This document shows, piece after piece, positions 24,901 to 39,900 of a stretch of 64,000 bases of DNA. The notes beneath the pieces were generated by a model. It ran no database searches. It was not told the DNA's origin and saw nothing but the letters and a program-made list of their open reading frames with translations. Source of the stretch: Nageia nagi (Eukaryota > Plantae > Pinophyta); the NCBI GenBank assembly GCA_050084985.1, contig JBITNC010000002.1:38068001-38132000 (forward strand), read 5' to 3'. How positions within the stretch are numbered: position 1 is the first letter of the stretch; each line of letters begins with the position of its first letter. Both the position numbers and the translations under genes were made by a program.

Positions 24901-27900
24901 ATGATCATTATAATTATAAATCATAACACTGCTGTATAACAATTTGGAGTCTTGGACAGCAATAAAATTGAGTCTTCAAACTACAAAATAAGTATAAAAG
25001 TATACACCATACTGTATAAAAAATGGAAACTATTACTAATTAGTAAATACTAATTAAAACCCCACATTGCTGTTGGCTGCAATACCCCTACACTGGCAGC
25101 TATTTGTAACTGGTTGCAAGTGCAAAGTGAAGAATGAATACTTTTTAGGGTTGAGTGGCTTATATATTTTGAGTTTGTGTGTGTGTTTTAGCTTTTAGGG
25201 TTAAAAGGGGTTGAGAGGCCTTGGTGGGTCTTGCTACCCTCTTTTTTCACTTTTTAAATTGTTTTTTAAATTTTTTTTTTTTTTTTTTTTGTGTTTGTTG
25301 GGTGCCCTTTTTGTTTAGGATGGCTAGGCATTCTCGGGAACGATTGAGGGACGTCCCAGCCGTCATCGGGATGCCTGGATGACCTCCAAGAGTGTCCCCA
25401 AGTTTTCGGGATGGATTTTGAAAATTTGGAAACAGTTAGAAAATGTTTCGGATGGAGTTTCCGATACGGCTTCAGGATGGGGACAAGTGTTTTTAGAGGG
25501 GGGACACGTCCCCATTTAACCTTGGAAATCAGCAAACACATTGTAATATAATAGCAGAAAAATAACTCAGAAATAAAATAGATCTTTATGTGGAAAACCT
25601 TGTGATGTGCAAGGAAAAACCACATGGCAATGGTAGCTCAGATCTTTTATTAATCTTAAAAATTCACACTATAACAATGCCAAGGGGAATTCCCCTTTTA
25701 TAGAAAAATAGGAAGATTGCACACCAATTGTGTATCTAAAAACAATTGCTTAAAAATAACCTCTTTTAATAATAGTTGTGCTAAATAATAATTGTGCACT
25801 ATTAATAAAACATTCTAAAAATAATAGTTGCATGCTATTAATAAAACAAAAGAACATCATAGATCTGGATATTGACTTTACCTCCTAATGTCCAAGAGTG
25901 CGGAAAGCATACACACAAACAAAAGTAAATAGCACAAACATGTGATGCTCCCGTTCAACTTCCAAGCATGGCTGTTGAGCTTCACCATGACACCTAATCT
26001 ACTACACTCCTACACTCCATAGGATTACAACAGAAAATGAAATCAATCCTACTCCTAATGGTACAAAACCAAGACAACTATATTTTTTGGATGTATTGTT
26101 AATGCAATAGTACATAAGTTCCTCATCTATTGTAGCTATGTAACCATTGTTCTTTATGAGTCATCCACTTTCTTATAAAGAAGAATCAAGACAAGGTGGT
26201 GTGTGCTTTTTTTTAAAGAAAACTTTTTATTGTATTTAAGACATACTTGAATGAGTAATTTATAAAGAGGAATCAAGACAAGGTGATTTGTGCTTATTTT
26301 TGTAAGAAGACTTTTTATTGTTTTTAAGACATGCTTGAATTAGTAAGTTACTTACTCAAGGTTTGCCTACATACATGACTATCAGGGAATTGGGGCCATG
26401 TTCCATTGAGCACTTTGAAATACATCAAGACTAGTGTAGACCCTTAGATCAATAAGATGATAACTTTACTTTCCAACAATTTCTCATTTACTCTTTGATA
26501 TTTTATATGTTAATATGCATAGCATGTTCTTTCATGTAACTTTTAGGAAGACATCAACTTTTAGGAAGATATGGGAGTCTAAATATTCAGACTAATTTAT
26601 GGTTTGGTGGAAGTATCAACTGGTGTAGACATGAAAATAATAATCAAACAATGTTGGATGTACATGCAACTACTATAATGTAATATTTTGCTTGATTTAG
26701 ATGAATCATTATGGACTGACAAGTTTTATAGAGGATGTTGAGCAAGATTTTTAAAGTCTCTTCAAATATGTAGATAGTGACTTTTTTATTGATGATGGTT
26801 GGGCAAATTGTAGCCAAACATTGTGTTATATTAATGTAGGAAATGATGTTATATTAATGTAGCAGCAACTCGTGTCTATAATCAATGACCATAATACGTG
26901 AATGGCACTTAAAGCTGGTTACATAGGCCATTGTTGAGGACTGGGATATTCTTACGAAGTAATTTTTTTGTTGCAAGTGGTATACCATTCCACAGGAATT
27001 ATTATAAACCTAGTTATTTTAATAGTTGTCTAGTAAAACTGGTGTACAATTCTGATGGAATTGTTGTCTCGCAGGGTCTTATTGTTAATCATTATCGTTT
27101 GTAGAACAATGATATTTCGTCATCTTGTTCTTTTAATTTGACTATTAACAATGAGATCCCAAGACCAAAGGATCATATTAAGATCATTTAAGTTGATTTT
27201 TTTTTTAAGAATGAGTGATTGCAATATTTTGATGGAATTTTATCTTGCAAAAATAACAAACTTGTTTATTGAACAATCATAACCAAGTTTTACTTATGGA
27301 CAAAGTGAAAAAAATCATAAGTTGCAAGATGAAATTAAGATGCATTATACCAATAAACAAATCTTCACAAGCACATTTGAATATGCAGACATGTTTGTAA
27401 GAAACTTGATGTTTCTGCCAAGTTGTTCAATGATAATCATAAGTCTAGCCTCTAGGTTAGAGGAGCATATCTTAATTGAACTGCATTGTTATCCTGATAA
27501 TGCAACTCATCAGTGTTGACAGTCAGTTTGTCAACATCCACATCATGTTGAAATGCCACAAAGTTTTGATTCTTTTTAAAATAGTATAATGTTTCAAATT
27601 ATCCAAAATATTGATGGATTTGAGATTCATAAATATCCAAAAGGTAAAATAGTATTGCGAATTATTAATTTTGTTAACATGACCACTTTTAGGAGATAAA
27701 ATGGTCTGCGATATGAAATCCATAACTTGGTGTCACATAGTAGTCAAAATTTACTAAAAAATAATCTTGCAAATCAATCAAGACAAAAACTCTTTTTCAA
27801 ATTACAAGTTTTTCAGGTTGATTGAGTTTTAATGGAAGTTTTGCAAAGTTTTCTAGTGACTCTTGAGTTTTAATTGTAATTCATTTTTTGGATTTCAGGA

Positions 27901-30900
27901 AAGGTCTTAAATTCTATTCAATTCCCCAAGCTTGTTGGAAACCTAATCCTTAGGGATTAAGGTTAATTATAAATATTAGTTAGATTTAGGTTTGTTAGTG
28001 TGGAAGTATTTTCTATTTAGTATCTTCATATTTGTAAGTGTAACAAATTCTACATGTCATTAGGAAGTCCAAGTGTAGGAATTTTTAGGGTTTCTTGAAG
28101 GAGTTACGCATCCTTCTCTTTCAGGTTTATCAATTTGGAATGTAAAATTGGCTTTTGAAGTTAATACTCCTTATACTGGGCCTTACAGTAGTATCAAAAC
28201 TTTGGTTCTTCTTTCTTGCAAATCCGTGATCTCCTTTGCCCATTTCATCCTCCAGTTTTTCTTCTTCATTTTTTTTTCTGTAAACCTTTGTCAAAATGCA
28301 TTTTTAAGCTCATTTTTGGATACCCATTTTCCTACTGCTCATTTTGGTATATTGGACGACCTGTTTTGGAGCCCATTTATGGAATTTATGCAAGATTGAA
28401 GATATGATTTGTTTTGAGGTTTTGAGGATTGCGTTTTTTGTGTTCTTGCTATGCGTGGTTTGTTTGCGTGGAGGTTGCCCGCCTACTGTAGTCGTACATT
28501 CCTTGCGCTTTTGTGGAGTTCCCTTTTTGGTTTGGGTATATTGAATATTCCAAATTCTTTACCTACATTTTGGAGGAATGTTGTAGACGTTGGAGACCAA
28601 ACCAAACTTGCCACTTGATGTGTCCGTGCTTCGTGGAGATCCCCGTTTTGCCTATCTCTTCTATCGTCGATCAGACTCTGTCATGACCCTATTCACATGC
28701 CAACATGGACCCCACGCATGCTTTCCAGACCAGTGTATGGAGTGTGGCCAATCAACTTTACTCCTTTCCATTTCAATGGTATTGGATTTTTGGAGGAATA
28801 TTATTGAGACTCTATATTGTGGAGGATATTACATTAACTTACATATGTCGAAATTTTTTGGAAACTTCATATTTTCATTGTAGGGCAATTTTGTTGGTGG
28901 ATTTTAATGTTAAAAACATGTTATGGTTTCTTTGATGCTCTTTGGAGGTAAAACAATATATTTATTGTGCTTATTTGGTTGAGTTGAGTGGTTCCTTGTT
29001 GGAGATGTTCTTTATCTTGTTAGAAAGGTGATGTAAATGGACATTTTTGTGATAGTCATCCTTGAAGATGAAGATGGTGTTCTCCATTATTTTCTTGAAG
29101 GTATTCTTACATACAATTTTGAAGATTTTTGAAGATTTGGTATCATATTTTAGCCATTTTTTAAGATGGTTATGTTACTCTTACTTCACATTTTCTACTA
29201 GTTCCTTTTTTGCTTGCCTTGTGATTCAAAGGTGAAGATAGTTTGGGTTGTTTGATTGGCTAGTGTTCTAATAGCAATGCCATCTTAGCCCCAATACCTT
29301 TGTTTGTTGGTTAGGGTTCTGATAGCAATGTCAACCTAGCACTATCGAAGTGTAGAACATATTGAGGGGGGGTTTTCTTTGATGATGCCAAAATGATTGA
29401 GTTTTGTTGGAGCTAGTTTGTGGATGAAGAAATTATCACTACTAAGCACCTTTCTTCACATTTCTATTTGTGGAGAAATTTTTTTGTGGAGGTAACTTTT
29501 CTTCATGGCTCCTTTGGTTTGACATCTTTGATGAGCTTTGAAGCAAGTGTATGAGATAGATCATATGATGTGAATGTGGGACATCACATCTTATATGAGC
29601 ATGCTATGTGTGGGAGAGACTTAGTATGCGTTTCTATAGGCACATCTTTCTTGTATTCATGGTGGAGAATTTTATTCTTCACACGTTGTTTCTCTTCATT
29701 CGAAAGATATTTGTTGGTCATTGGTTAAAGTTCTTTATATGTGGAGCTTTCATCTTCATTGGAATGACCTATGTTGAAGAATGGTTTCTTGGAGGAGACT
29801 TGGTTGCACTTCATTATTCTTGAACTCATCTACTACTCTTCTTGTTTGGATGGAAACACTTTTGCCCATGCTCATGTGAAGAAGACTTTGTTGCGACATT
29901 TTCACCCCTTGGGATTAAGGGTGGGGGAACATTGGGCTTAATCCTTGAGGTGGATCTTTTGAGGAGATTGCTTATTTTTGTTGGTGAATAATGTTCTACA
30001 CACCTTGAGACACATTTTTATTTTAATTTCTTTCTTATTCCCTTTTGGATTAAAGGGGAGAATGTTGGAAACCTAATCCTTAGGGTGTAAGGTTAATTGT
30101 AAATATTAATTAGATTAAGGTGTGTTAGTGTGGAAGTATTTTATATTTAGTGTTTTCATATTTATAAGTGGAAGAAATTCCACATGTCATTACGAAGTCC
30201 AAGTGTTATTAGGAAGTTGAGTCATTATGAGTTTTTAGGGTTTCTTGAAAGAGTTATGTATTTTCCTCCTCTTTTTATGTTTATCAATTTGGAATGTAGA
30301 CTTGACTTTTGGAGTTAATACTACTTTTCGGATTTGCATCCTTATATTGGGCCTTACAAAGCCCACATGGGTAGTATAGTACAAGGAAACCACAAATAGG
30401 TGGTGAGACTTGAACATAGGCCTTCACAATAGAAATTAACCTTTTTTAACAATCCACCTACCATAGGCAGGATGAAAAATCTAAAATTCTATATTTCTTT
30501 TGATCCCAAGTTTTTGCTGAATTTTTCCTAAGTGTGACTTTTTCCCAACTTGAAGGCTTGTCGAGTAATTGATGATTCTGAGTTGGATTACCAGTTTTTG
30601 TGTCTTATAAGTGGTCCTTTTGCAACTAGCAAAGGCATGTTATAAGCTCTTTTTAGTGGTTTGTAACTATACATTTCTACGCACACATCTGTAGTGCATA
30701 CCAATTTATGATTTTACATCTTATCATCAATCCATTATTTGTGGTTATTATTTTCAATGTATACTTTCAAATATGTGAAGGTTAATCATGATGTGTGTTT
30801 AATAGCTGAAAGAGATTAGAGGGTTAGCCTTAGCAAACTTCTATGTTACAAGAACAATTCGTAATATAGCTGAAATTACTATAAATAATGGATGTTGAAA

Positions 30901-33900
30901 GAGTTCACTTATTTTTCCTTACTCTTTCAGGGCAGAGGAGGTTGGCTTTGTAGTGCCTACTGGTGCGCAGGAGCAGGCATTACCAGTTGTCTTGTCTGGA
31001 TTGGACTGTATTATACATGCTCAGGTGGTTATTACTTTTAAAATAGACTAAATTCTATCCTTTTAATGTCTCTTGCTTTGTTTGCATATGCATCTATATG
31101 AAGCATAAAATGAATGTGTAGGTCAGATTGTAATAGACTTAGAGATTATAAAATACTTTTTCTTTCATACAAAAAAAATGTGACAGTAGGCTGTAGTCAT
31201 TGCAGCACATAAAGAGAGATCAGCTATTCTTTTTTTAATCTCTTATTCCACATATAAAAATGACAGTTGTGGAAAAGTTGAATTTCTCCTTAAATAAAAT
31301 GCGTTTATACTAATTAAATGGTTGATCAGTTAGGAAACTTCACCTTTAAGACTATTGCAAAGTTGTCAGAATCGGAATCAGCGAAAAAATCATTAAATAA
31401 GAAAAACCAAGGAATTTTCCCAATTTGACATTGAAACAAATCATTTTTAGCTATCTCTTAACATTGCATATCAAATAAGACAACATTCCATATCAAATAA
31501 CATGTAACACAAGTGAAAACATAGTGTAATATTGGAAATTGTAGAGTTTTTAGTTTTTTATTACATAATGAATGTCCAAGGATCAAAGGACATCAAAGAT
31601 TTCCAATTTGACAAAACAAAATTTGAACCAAAACATTTATCTAGATGCTAGTTTCTATATTGTCTTTGTTTTCGTTATCTCTCTTTTTGCTCTAGCCTTG
31701 GTTCTTCTTCTACTTCTTAGCTCCTCAGCTCTTGGTTTGAAGAAAAAGTGAAAAATGAGTGATTTTTGTTGTTTTTAACCTCTCAGCTTCTGCCTGTCAC
31801 AAATTGGGGATTTTCCCATCGGGAATTGCAATTTAATCACTGTTTTTTGTAGAATTGGAATCATGATTTTCTCCAAAAAATCACCAGATCAGCAAAAATA
31901 AAAAATTGGAATCGGTTCCAAAAAATCATTTACCCTGGCAATCCCAATTCCAATATAATTTTGGCGATTAATTGCTTTCTTCTAACTATGGACTATTGTA
32001 CTTCAAATTCAAAATAACATCTTCAACAAAAAGTTTCTTTTTAATAAGCTTGTCCAAATAAGATTCAATCATATGGAAGGAGTTTTTACTTTCCGGGATG
32101 TAGCCAACCATATTGCAGTGCTTTAGCGTTGCAACTTTTTAGTTTGTATTTGGCATCTAAGTTTCTGGTAGACAACTGGTTTGCTTTCTAACTGATAACT
32201 TTCTTGCTGTCTGTTGGTGAATTTATTTTTTATGTATTAGTCAGGGTTCAGTATGACCACAAGCAAATGTATCAATAAGCTAGTTTGACTAAGTGTATTG
32301 GTAAGTTGTAATTACCAAATAGTTAGGGCCACTTCAAGTCCACATAGTGGTCAAACATCATTACATATGTGAACTGTTCGGTAAAAAAAATTGATTTGAA
32401 GTTTTGCAAGAGACATGATTAGTTGGTAGATATTTTGATGAAGTTAGTTGAGAAGAAACACTTAATCATTATTAGAGAGAGGTTGCTGATTCTCCTTTTC
32501 TGCATCAAGAGGAACTACATTGGGAAATGATGTAAAAAGCTTGCTGGAGCTAGTCTGATGGAACATGTCTTGAGGAAATGGGCATTCTGGTTTGGCAACA
32601 ATCATGGTTTGTATGCTCCTAGCAAGTCTGTCTGTCTTAGGACCCCTGGGGAAATTGCCTAGCATAAAAAGAAGAGAAGTTGGAAGCCTATAATGTAAAT
32701 ACATATTTTGTTTGTACTGCTTAGGAGATTCATTCTAGGGATGGATGATGAATTTGTACGTGGATGGCTATAATGTAAATACCTACTACCTAGTTATGTC
32801 GGGAAGTGTTTAATTTTGATGTATGTGCATTGGTAATAGATGGAATCACAGAGGCCATGCATTGACAATTTAGTAGTGTGTTTCTATCACACCTGCAACA
32901 ACTTGGTATATAAAGTCCAAGACAGCTCATGAATCTGTATCAATATCTTTTATAATATGTAGGTTTCGGTGGTCTTATATTTTGTTCTTGATTTCTTTCA
33001 TTTGCATTTTGCTGTGTTAATCTTTGCATACATCTTTCACATTTTCAAAATATTGTGTGCATTGTAATTGCAAATAGTTAGAGTCATGAGCGACGTTCAC
33101 TTTGTAATTTGCAATCTATATTTCTAGCTTTGTTGCTTTGTTGAATACACTTTGTCCCATGTAATATGTTATGAATTGTCTTTTGTGTCAAAATATTTAC
33201 CATTTGGAATATATGTCTGTCTTCCAACATCATATCATTTTTGAGAGCCTAGCTATCATGCCTGTACGCATATGGGACCCACTTGCAAGGACAAGATAGC
33301 TTTTATTTTTACCTAAAATCAATTAGTTCAACTTTGTGCCATGATGGGTTTCAACTCTTTGGCCAAGCTTGTAGTAAATCCAATGTTTACCAATCCATCT
33401 AAACTTGAGGTATCCCACCATGCCATTGCATAAAAGAACATTGAAAATTTAACATAAAATATTCTCTTGAATCCCTTCTTTCTACCTTCGTTTTTCCCTT
33501 TGGATAGTTAATTAAGTTCTGTTTTTGTAATACCAAGACTCTCTGATATCTTTAATTTTGTTGTATTAAAAAATTGTTAATGAGTTTTCTTCGTATTTTA
33601 GACTCCAGGTGCCCAATTCATTAAATTCCATATCTTGGAATCATTTCTCTGTTTCATAATGTAGTTGAAGATGAGTCAAACTGATTTATGGAATGTAGGA
33701 GGTATTTGTTGTCCAAGTTTGGTTTACTTGTGTTTGTTCAAACAAAACATTATATGGTTCAAATTCAATCTGTAGTAAACCTGCTAGAAGTCTAGCACGA
33801 GGAGGATAAGGTAAGGTGTGTTACTCTTAACTTCATAACTTAGTCAATGACAAATTTGTTGATTTCTATTCCATCTGTCCCAAAATTAATCTCAATCCCA

Positions 33901-36900
33901 TGCTTTGCAACCATATAAATTACATACATTACAAAATAATTCAATTTTATTTTTTCATTTTCAATTCCAACATTCCATATTCTTGAAATATTTTGTAATC
34001 CATAAAATGGTTTCCAGCAGACGTTAATTATACTTGTATGAAAGGACTAGTTCTAAGTGCTAGGTGCTAAAGCGGTTGTGTTAAGTTGTTTCTTAGGTTT
34101 GTTGATCGTAATTTTATTTACAACAATATTTATCATCAAGCTAGAGTATCTTCAGAATTTGTGGACAACATTAATGTGCTTTTTTATTCTGCATGATTTT
34201 GTCATCTAGGAATTATAGCCATCAAGTATTTCCTAGGTTTTATGATCATGATTTTAGTTTCAATAGTATTTAGTAATAAGCTAGAGGATCTTCAGAATTT
34301 GTTAAGCAACTTTAATGTGCTTTCGTAATCTGCATGTTTTTATTATCTAGGAATTATTGTCATTAAGTGTTGAGTTGTTTCCAAGATTTAATGATTGTGA
34401 TTTTAGTTTCAATTTCAACTGTATTTATTATCAAGCTAGAGTATCTTCAGAATTTGTGAACAACTTTCACGTGCTTTTGTATTCTGCATGACTTTATCAT
34501 CTAGGAATTATTGCCATTAAGCCTTTTCCTTAGTTAGGAGATTGAAATGATTTTAAAAACATGAACTTTGATTTCAATGCAATATTAGGATTACCATGGC
34601 ACTAGTACATTTTGGGATTGCTTTTGTTGGGAATAGTGAACTTTCAAATGTGAATATTGCAAAAACAAATTACAACTCTTCTTAAAATTAATTTTGTTTT
34701 ATTGGAAAGCACTATTTGTGGGGAATTATCCTTGGAATCGAATTTTGTGTCTGGGGGGTTCTCTTCTGTCAAAGTCAACCGGGAGTCGCACCCGACCCCA
34801 TCCACACCAGCTGGTCTAACAACCATCGACTAGGCTAAGCATATCTGCATCATGTGAGGGAGGAGAGATTAGAACCTTGGGCCTCTCTTTTTCCACTTGA
34901 GAGTTTTTACTTACCCACTTCTCTCCAACTCCCCTAACATCTTAAATTTTGATATATAAGATCATTTCTGTGAAATAAAAGATTATTCTTAGTGTTTTTT
35001 TTACAAACTTCCTGTTTTTTATTAAGATATTTAAATTTAAAAATATTAAAAATGTTTTGCAATCTTTAGATTGATAATAAAATCATACATATTGGGCATG
35101 GCTGATTTGTTTTGTGATATTATCTTTTCATCTTAGAAGTAACCTCTATTTATGAGTGACAGTCTTCATAATCTTAAATCGAATAGGAAATAGTTCCAAC
35201 TGCTTCTTGGCAATGTTTCCTGTTAGTTTTCCATTCTTTTTCAATTTAGGCAACTGATAGCAACAGATGCCCAAACGTAGCTTGTACATTTGTAACACAT
35301 CCCATCCTAATCATAGTGGAAGTTTTTTATCTGTTGCAGAATGTTGATTCATTAAACTCTGTTATACATATATAAAATTAGAAAAGGAGAGTCCTCATGG
35401 TACAAAAGTGTGCCCTGTTTGCTAACTTCTCTTTCTTTCATGTGTTGTTCTGTGGACCAGAGGCTATTGATTAACTCATTTGTTATGTAATAACATTTAT
35501 AGCTTGCTTCTATTCATGTTCTCCCATTCAAGTTGTATCTAATTATTGTCTATGGATAGAGCTATGCTTAAAATTGAACTTTGGCATGGGTGATATTGCG
35601 TTGATGCTCAATGCACTTCTGTAGACTGGATCTGGAAAGACACTCGCTTACTTGCTAGCAATTTTTGCTTCTATCAATGCACAACAAACAAATGTGCAGG
35701 CACTTATCATCATACCCACAAGGGAGCTGGGTATGCAGGTTAGATGGCTAACTTGGTTGACATAGATTCTCCATCTAATTAATTAAGCAGTTGATTTTTG
35801 AAGCGCTTTAGTTTATTGTTTGATCTCTTTTAGACAACTGCAATCTCTTTGTAGGTTACAAAAGTGGCCCGTATACTTGCAGCAAGCTTTCCCAAGAACA
35901 TTGGATCAGAAAGCAAGGGCTCTGTAAATGTCATGGCTTTGTTAGATGGTGGAACATTGAAAAGGCAAAAGTCTTGGCTAAAGGTTTGAACTGTTGCTTA
36001 GTATGCTTCTGTATGGCCATTTTTACATATCAGTCCTAAACAATTTTTTACTTTGGTGACTTCTATAGAAATGAAGATAATGAATGGCTGAAGTTGTAGG
36101 GAAGTGACCATGTATCCGAATATTGCCCTAAATTAGGAAATCTTTTATTATTCATTGGTAAATCATCATCACTATCTTATGAAGCTGGATAACATACAGA
36201 AGTAGCTGTCTTTAGTTTTAGCATATATTGAATGTTCTGGTGTTTGCCTCCAAATCATAAAAGCCTTTAACAATGGACTCCTTTGTGAAGAACATATGTG
36301 TTGTTCTATTCTTCTTTCCGCTTGGCCTGTCATACTGATTTTTCCAACTAATTATGATCAAGGAAAAACATAGTTCCAATAATTTTTTCCAACTTATGTA
36401 TTGTAATGATTTCAACTTGTTATTTGAACATAAGCTTTCTAAAGAATTTTTTTGGTTTTATTTCTATTTACGTTTCTGCTTGTTCTTAAGTTACAAACGA
36501 ATTGGAGGCTGTCACTATAGGAATCGTTCTCCAGAACACATTTGTTGACTATTTGTATAATGCAGGCAGAACCTCCACATATCATGGTTGCAACATTAGG
36601 TTGTTTATGTCAATTGCTTCAGAAGGAATTTTTAAAGCTGGATGCCGTCAAGGTTCTTGTTATTGACGAGGTACTTAACTTTTATGGTGATAAACTTCCT
36701 GTTTTGAACTGTTCTGTTTTTAAGCAGAATTGCAATTTGTCTTGCTTAGTAAGCCATCTCAAAATATCGGTGTCTATGTTAAATGACTTAGAAGGAAGAG
36801 TTGAAGCTATCTTGTTGGAGTTAACTGTGGAGTGGATTTAATACTCCCAGTTTATCAAGAAGCTTTTTCCATTTCCAAATGTTTTCTTATTTTATTTGTT

Positions 36901-39900
36901 ACTGATGAACTTACTCTTTTTATTCTAATAATAGACATCTTTCCTGGGGGTGGTCCTAGTATATGGCTTCCTTATTTGGGTTTCTTATTAAGTACTAAAT
37001 ATACAACTAGACGGTTATGTCCATGTCGTTTAGAACTTCAGATGAAATGTATATCAATTTACATTACATAGTGAGATTTTTGAGAGAAAACATGGCAGGT
37101 ATGCAACATACTTTAATAATTGAGTAGCAAAACATCATTTAGACGAATATACACTAAATAGCAAAGTTTTAAAGTTCTCTCCTCGCCACTAATCGGCTGG
37201 CTGGCTGAAAAGTTTAACTGGCGATTCAGCAAAAGTTAAAGCAAAAAAAAAAAGAAAAAAAACATTTGTGTTTAGAATTCCAATTTCAATTTTGCATTAC
37301 CAAAACATCCAAAAAACAAAATACTGCATTAGAAATCAGAATATAGTTTTTTTTTTTCATTTCATTGTGATATAGAATTTAGATCATATCAAAACAATTA
37401 CATAATGGCGCAGCCTTCATAAGTTATGTTATGTAATCACTATGCAGTATTAAGTGATGAACTATCAACTCTATAGTTCATAATTTCATACTGTTTAGTG
37501 AGTACATAATGTCAAAAAATCAAGAATTTTACATATATATGGCATGTGCTTTTCAGTTTTCAAAAAACAAAAATTCATATTGAAAATGCAAACACCTCAA
37601 GGATGTGCTCTTTTCTTCCTCCTCCCTTTGTCCCTTGTTGCTGCCCTTGTTCCATATGCCCTTGATGTTGTAGGTGCACTTGGTGAGTTTGGCTTGTCTT
37701 GACTTTCAATTTCAAATGCACTATCTTTTTCCACCTTCCTCTCTAGTCGTTCTAGACCATCCCCTTCAAGGATATCATTTTGCCAATCACCCATAGCATT
37801 GATCCATTCATTTGTTTGATCAATGTTATGCAAATCTATAGGATCTCCATCACTCCCCTCAATCCTTCTATTACGCAACCTTAAGTTGTAGTTCACAAAA
37901 ACCAATTTGTCCAACCTTTCTTTTATCAATCTATTACGCTTTCTTGTATGAATTCGCTTAAATAAACTCCAATTGCATTCACACCCACTAGTGTTGCAAG
38001 GTTGGCTTAAGATGTGTATGGCCAATTGTTGTAGAAGAGGGCATTTTGCACCAAATGACTCCCACCACACAGTTGCAATTTCAACAATTAAAAAAAAATC
38101 AGATTACATTCTATTCAATTTTAATTATTTAAATTCTAAAAAAAATTAATTTTTTCAAACATAAATAATTGAACTTAGAATTTTTGTTTTCCTTGATCCA
38201 ACGCATGCAATACTGGAGAAGAGGTAGTCATCTGCATTTTTATATGTGGTCAACTCTCTCTGTATTTGCATAACTTTATCCTCATCATTTGCAACCATCC
38301 TCTCAAGGCACATGTAGAGTCCACTCATAATTTCATCATCAGCTTCAAAGTTTGATTTTTCATCAAAATAAAATTTTGGATTTGGATAGGGTGCAACAGC
38401 ATGTATTGGTTTGTGGAGTTGATCATCCCACCGTTGATCAATCAAATCCCAAATAAACTGATATCTGGTTGAAACATTTTTGTAGTACTGCCTAATGCTT
38501 TCTTTGGCCTTGTCCATGGCCTCATACAAGTAGCCCATTGGTGATTTTTCCTCACCCTCAACAATTTTCAAAACTCTAACCAAGGGCTCGGATATCTACA
38601 AAACAACATTGAAGAAAAACATGAGTTTGGGAAAATATAAAAAAATTAATAAAAGAATGTACAAATTTCAAATTAGGTTTTTTTTTTGTGGAGTTGAATG
38701 CTAACCTGAATGATCTCAAATGCGGTTTTCCAGAAACCATCATCAAACACAATGCTTGCACACACGTCCTTCCACTCGTGTGCTCCACTCAAATTGGTTC
38801 CATTCATCTGAAATGAATATCCTCTTCACACCTGCCTTTTTGGAATAAAGGCTCTGAAGGTTGAGGAAGTTTGTTGCAAATCGTGTGATTCTTGGTCTCA
38901 CGATATCCCTTCCGTCGGTGTGTTCCCTCAGCAAAGCTAGCACCCAACTATGGTTGTAAATGAATTTGGTGAGCTTCTTAGCATTAGCAACACATTCAAT
39001 CACCCAGGATATTTTTCCAATATCCTCCAAAATCAGGTTAATACAATGGGTTGCACAAGGTGTCCAAAATAATGTAGGAAATCTCTCTTTGAAATCTCTC
39101 TCTACTGCAACTTATGCTACTGCATTATCGGTGATCACTTGGACCACATTTTCTGGCCCAACCTCCATGACCACCTACTCTAACAACTGAAAAAAAGTTC
39201 GTCTATTTTTTACTTTGTTAGAGGTGTCCACAAATCTCAAAAAAACTATGCCTCCTACTGATTGGACAAGAAAATTTATCAATGTTCTCCCCCTTTGATC
39301 CTCCCAACTGTCGGACAAAATTGTGCTGCCCTTCTTCTCCCATAACTTCTTTTGATCATCCACTATGACCTCCACATCTTTAACTGCATTGTTAAGAAGT
39401 GACCCCCTCAAATCGTGTGTAGTGGGGGGGTTATACCCAGCGCCAACAGCCATCATTGCATTCACCATGGTAGCAAAAAATGGTGAATCAACAACATTGA
39501 AAGGTATGTTGCAATAATAGAAGAAGTTTGCCACAACTTTAGTCACTTCCGCTTGCATCTCCTTGTTCCATCCAATGGCATGTAGTGTTGGCTGGCTACG
39601 AGGAACATTTCGAGGAACAAAGAATGATGCTAGTGGCTGTTGTGAAGAACCTTGTCGAGGTTCAGAATGACGAACTCTCGGCCCAACACTAGAAGCTGGT
39701 CCACCAGGAGTAGGAGGTTGGTTGGAGAATTCTTGAGCCTTAGCCTGTTTAATGGCGATCCTTTCTTCTTTCTTCTCAAAAAATGTCTCTAATGTAGTAT
39801 TCATTTGTTGCTTAACTTCAAGTGGCACTTTGGGGCAAATTTCAATATCCCTAGTGGGAATGCATGCCAAATGATATTTGACACTATTAATTCCAGTTTT

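Noticed and set aside
25542-26031. Possible solo LTR
   Set aside because: Some LTR-like texture, but no matching TSD or clear termini.
36542-36841. 99-aa ORF as a stand-alone gene
   Set aside because: It is exon 5 read through into flanking intron sequence.
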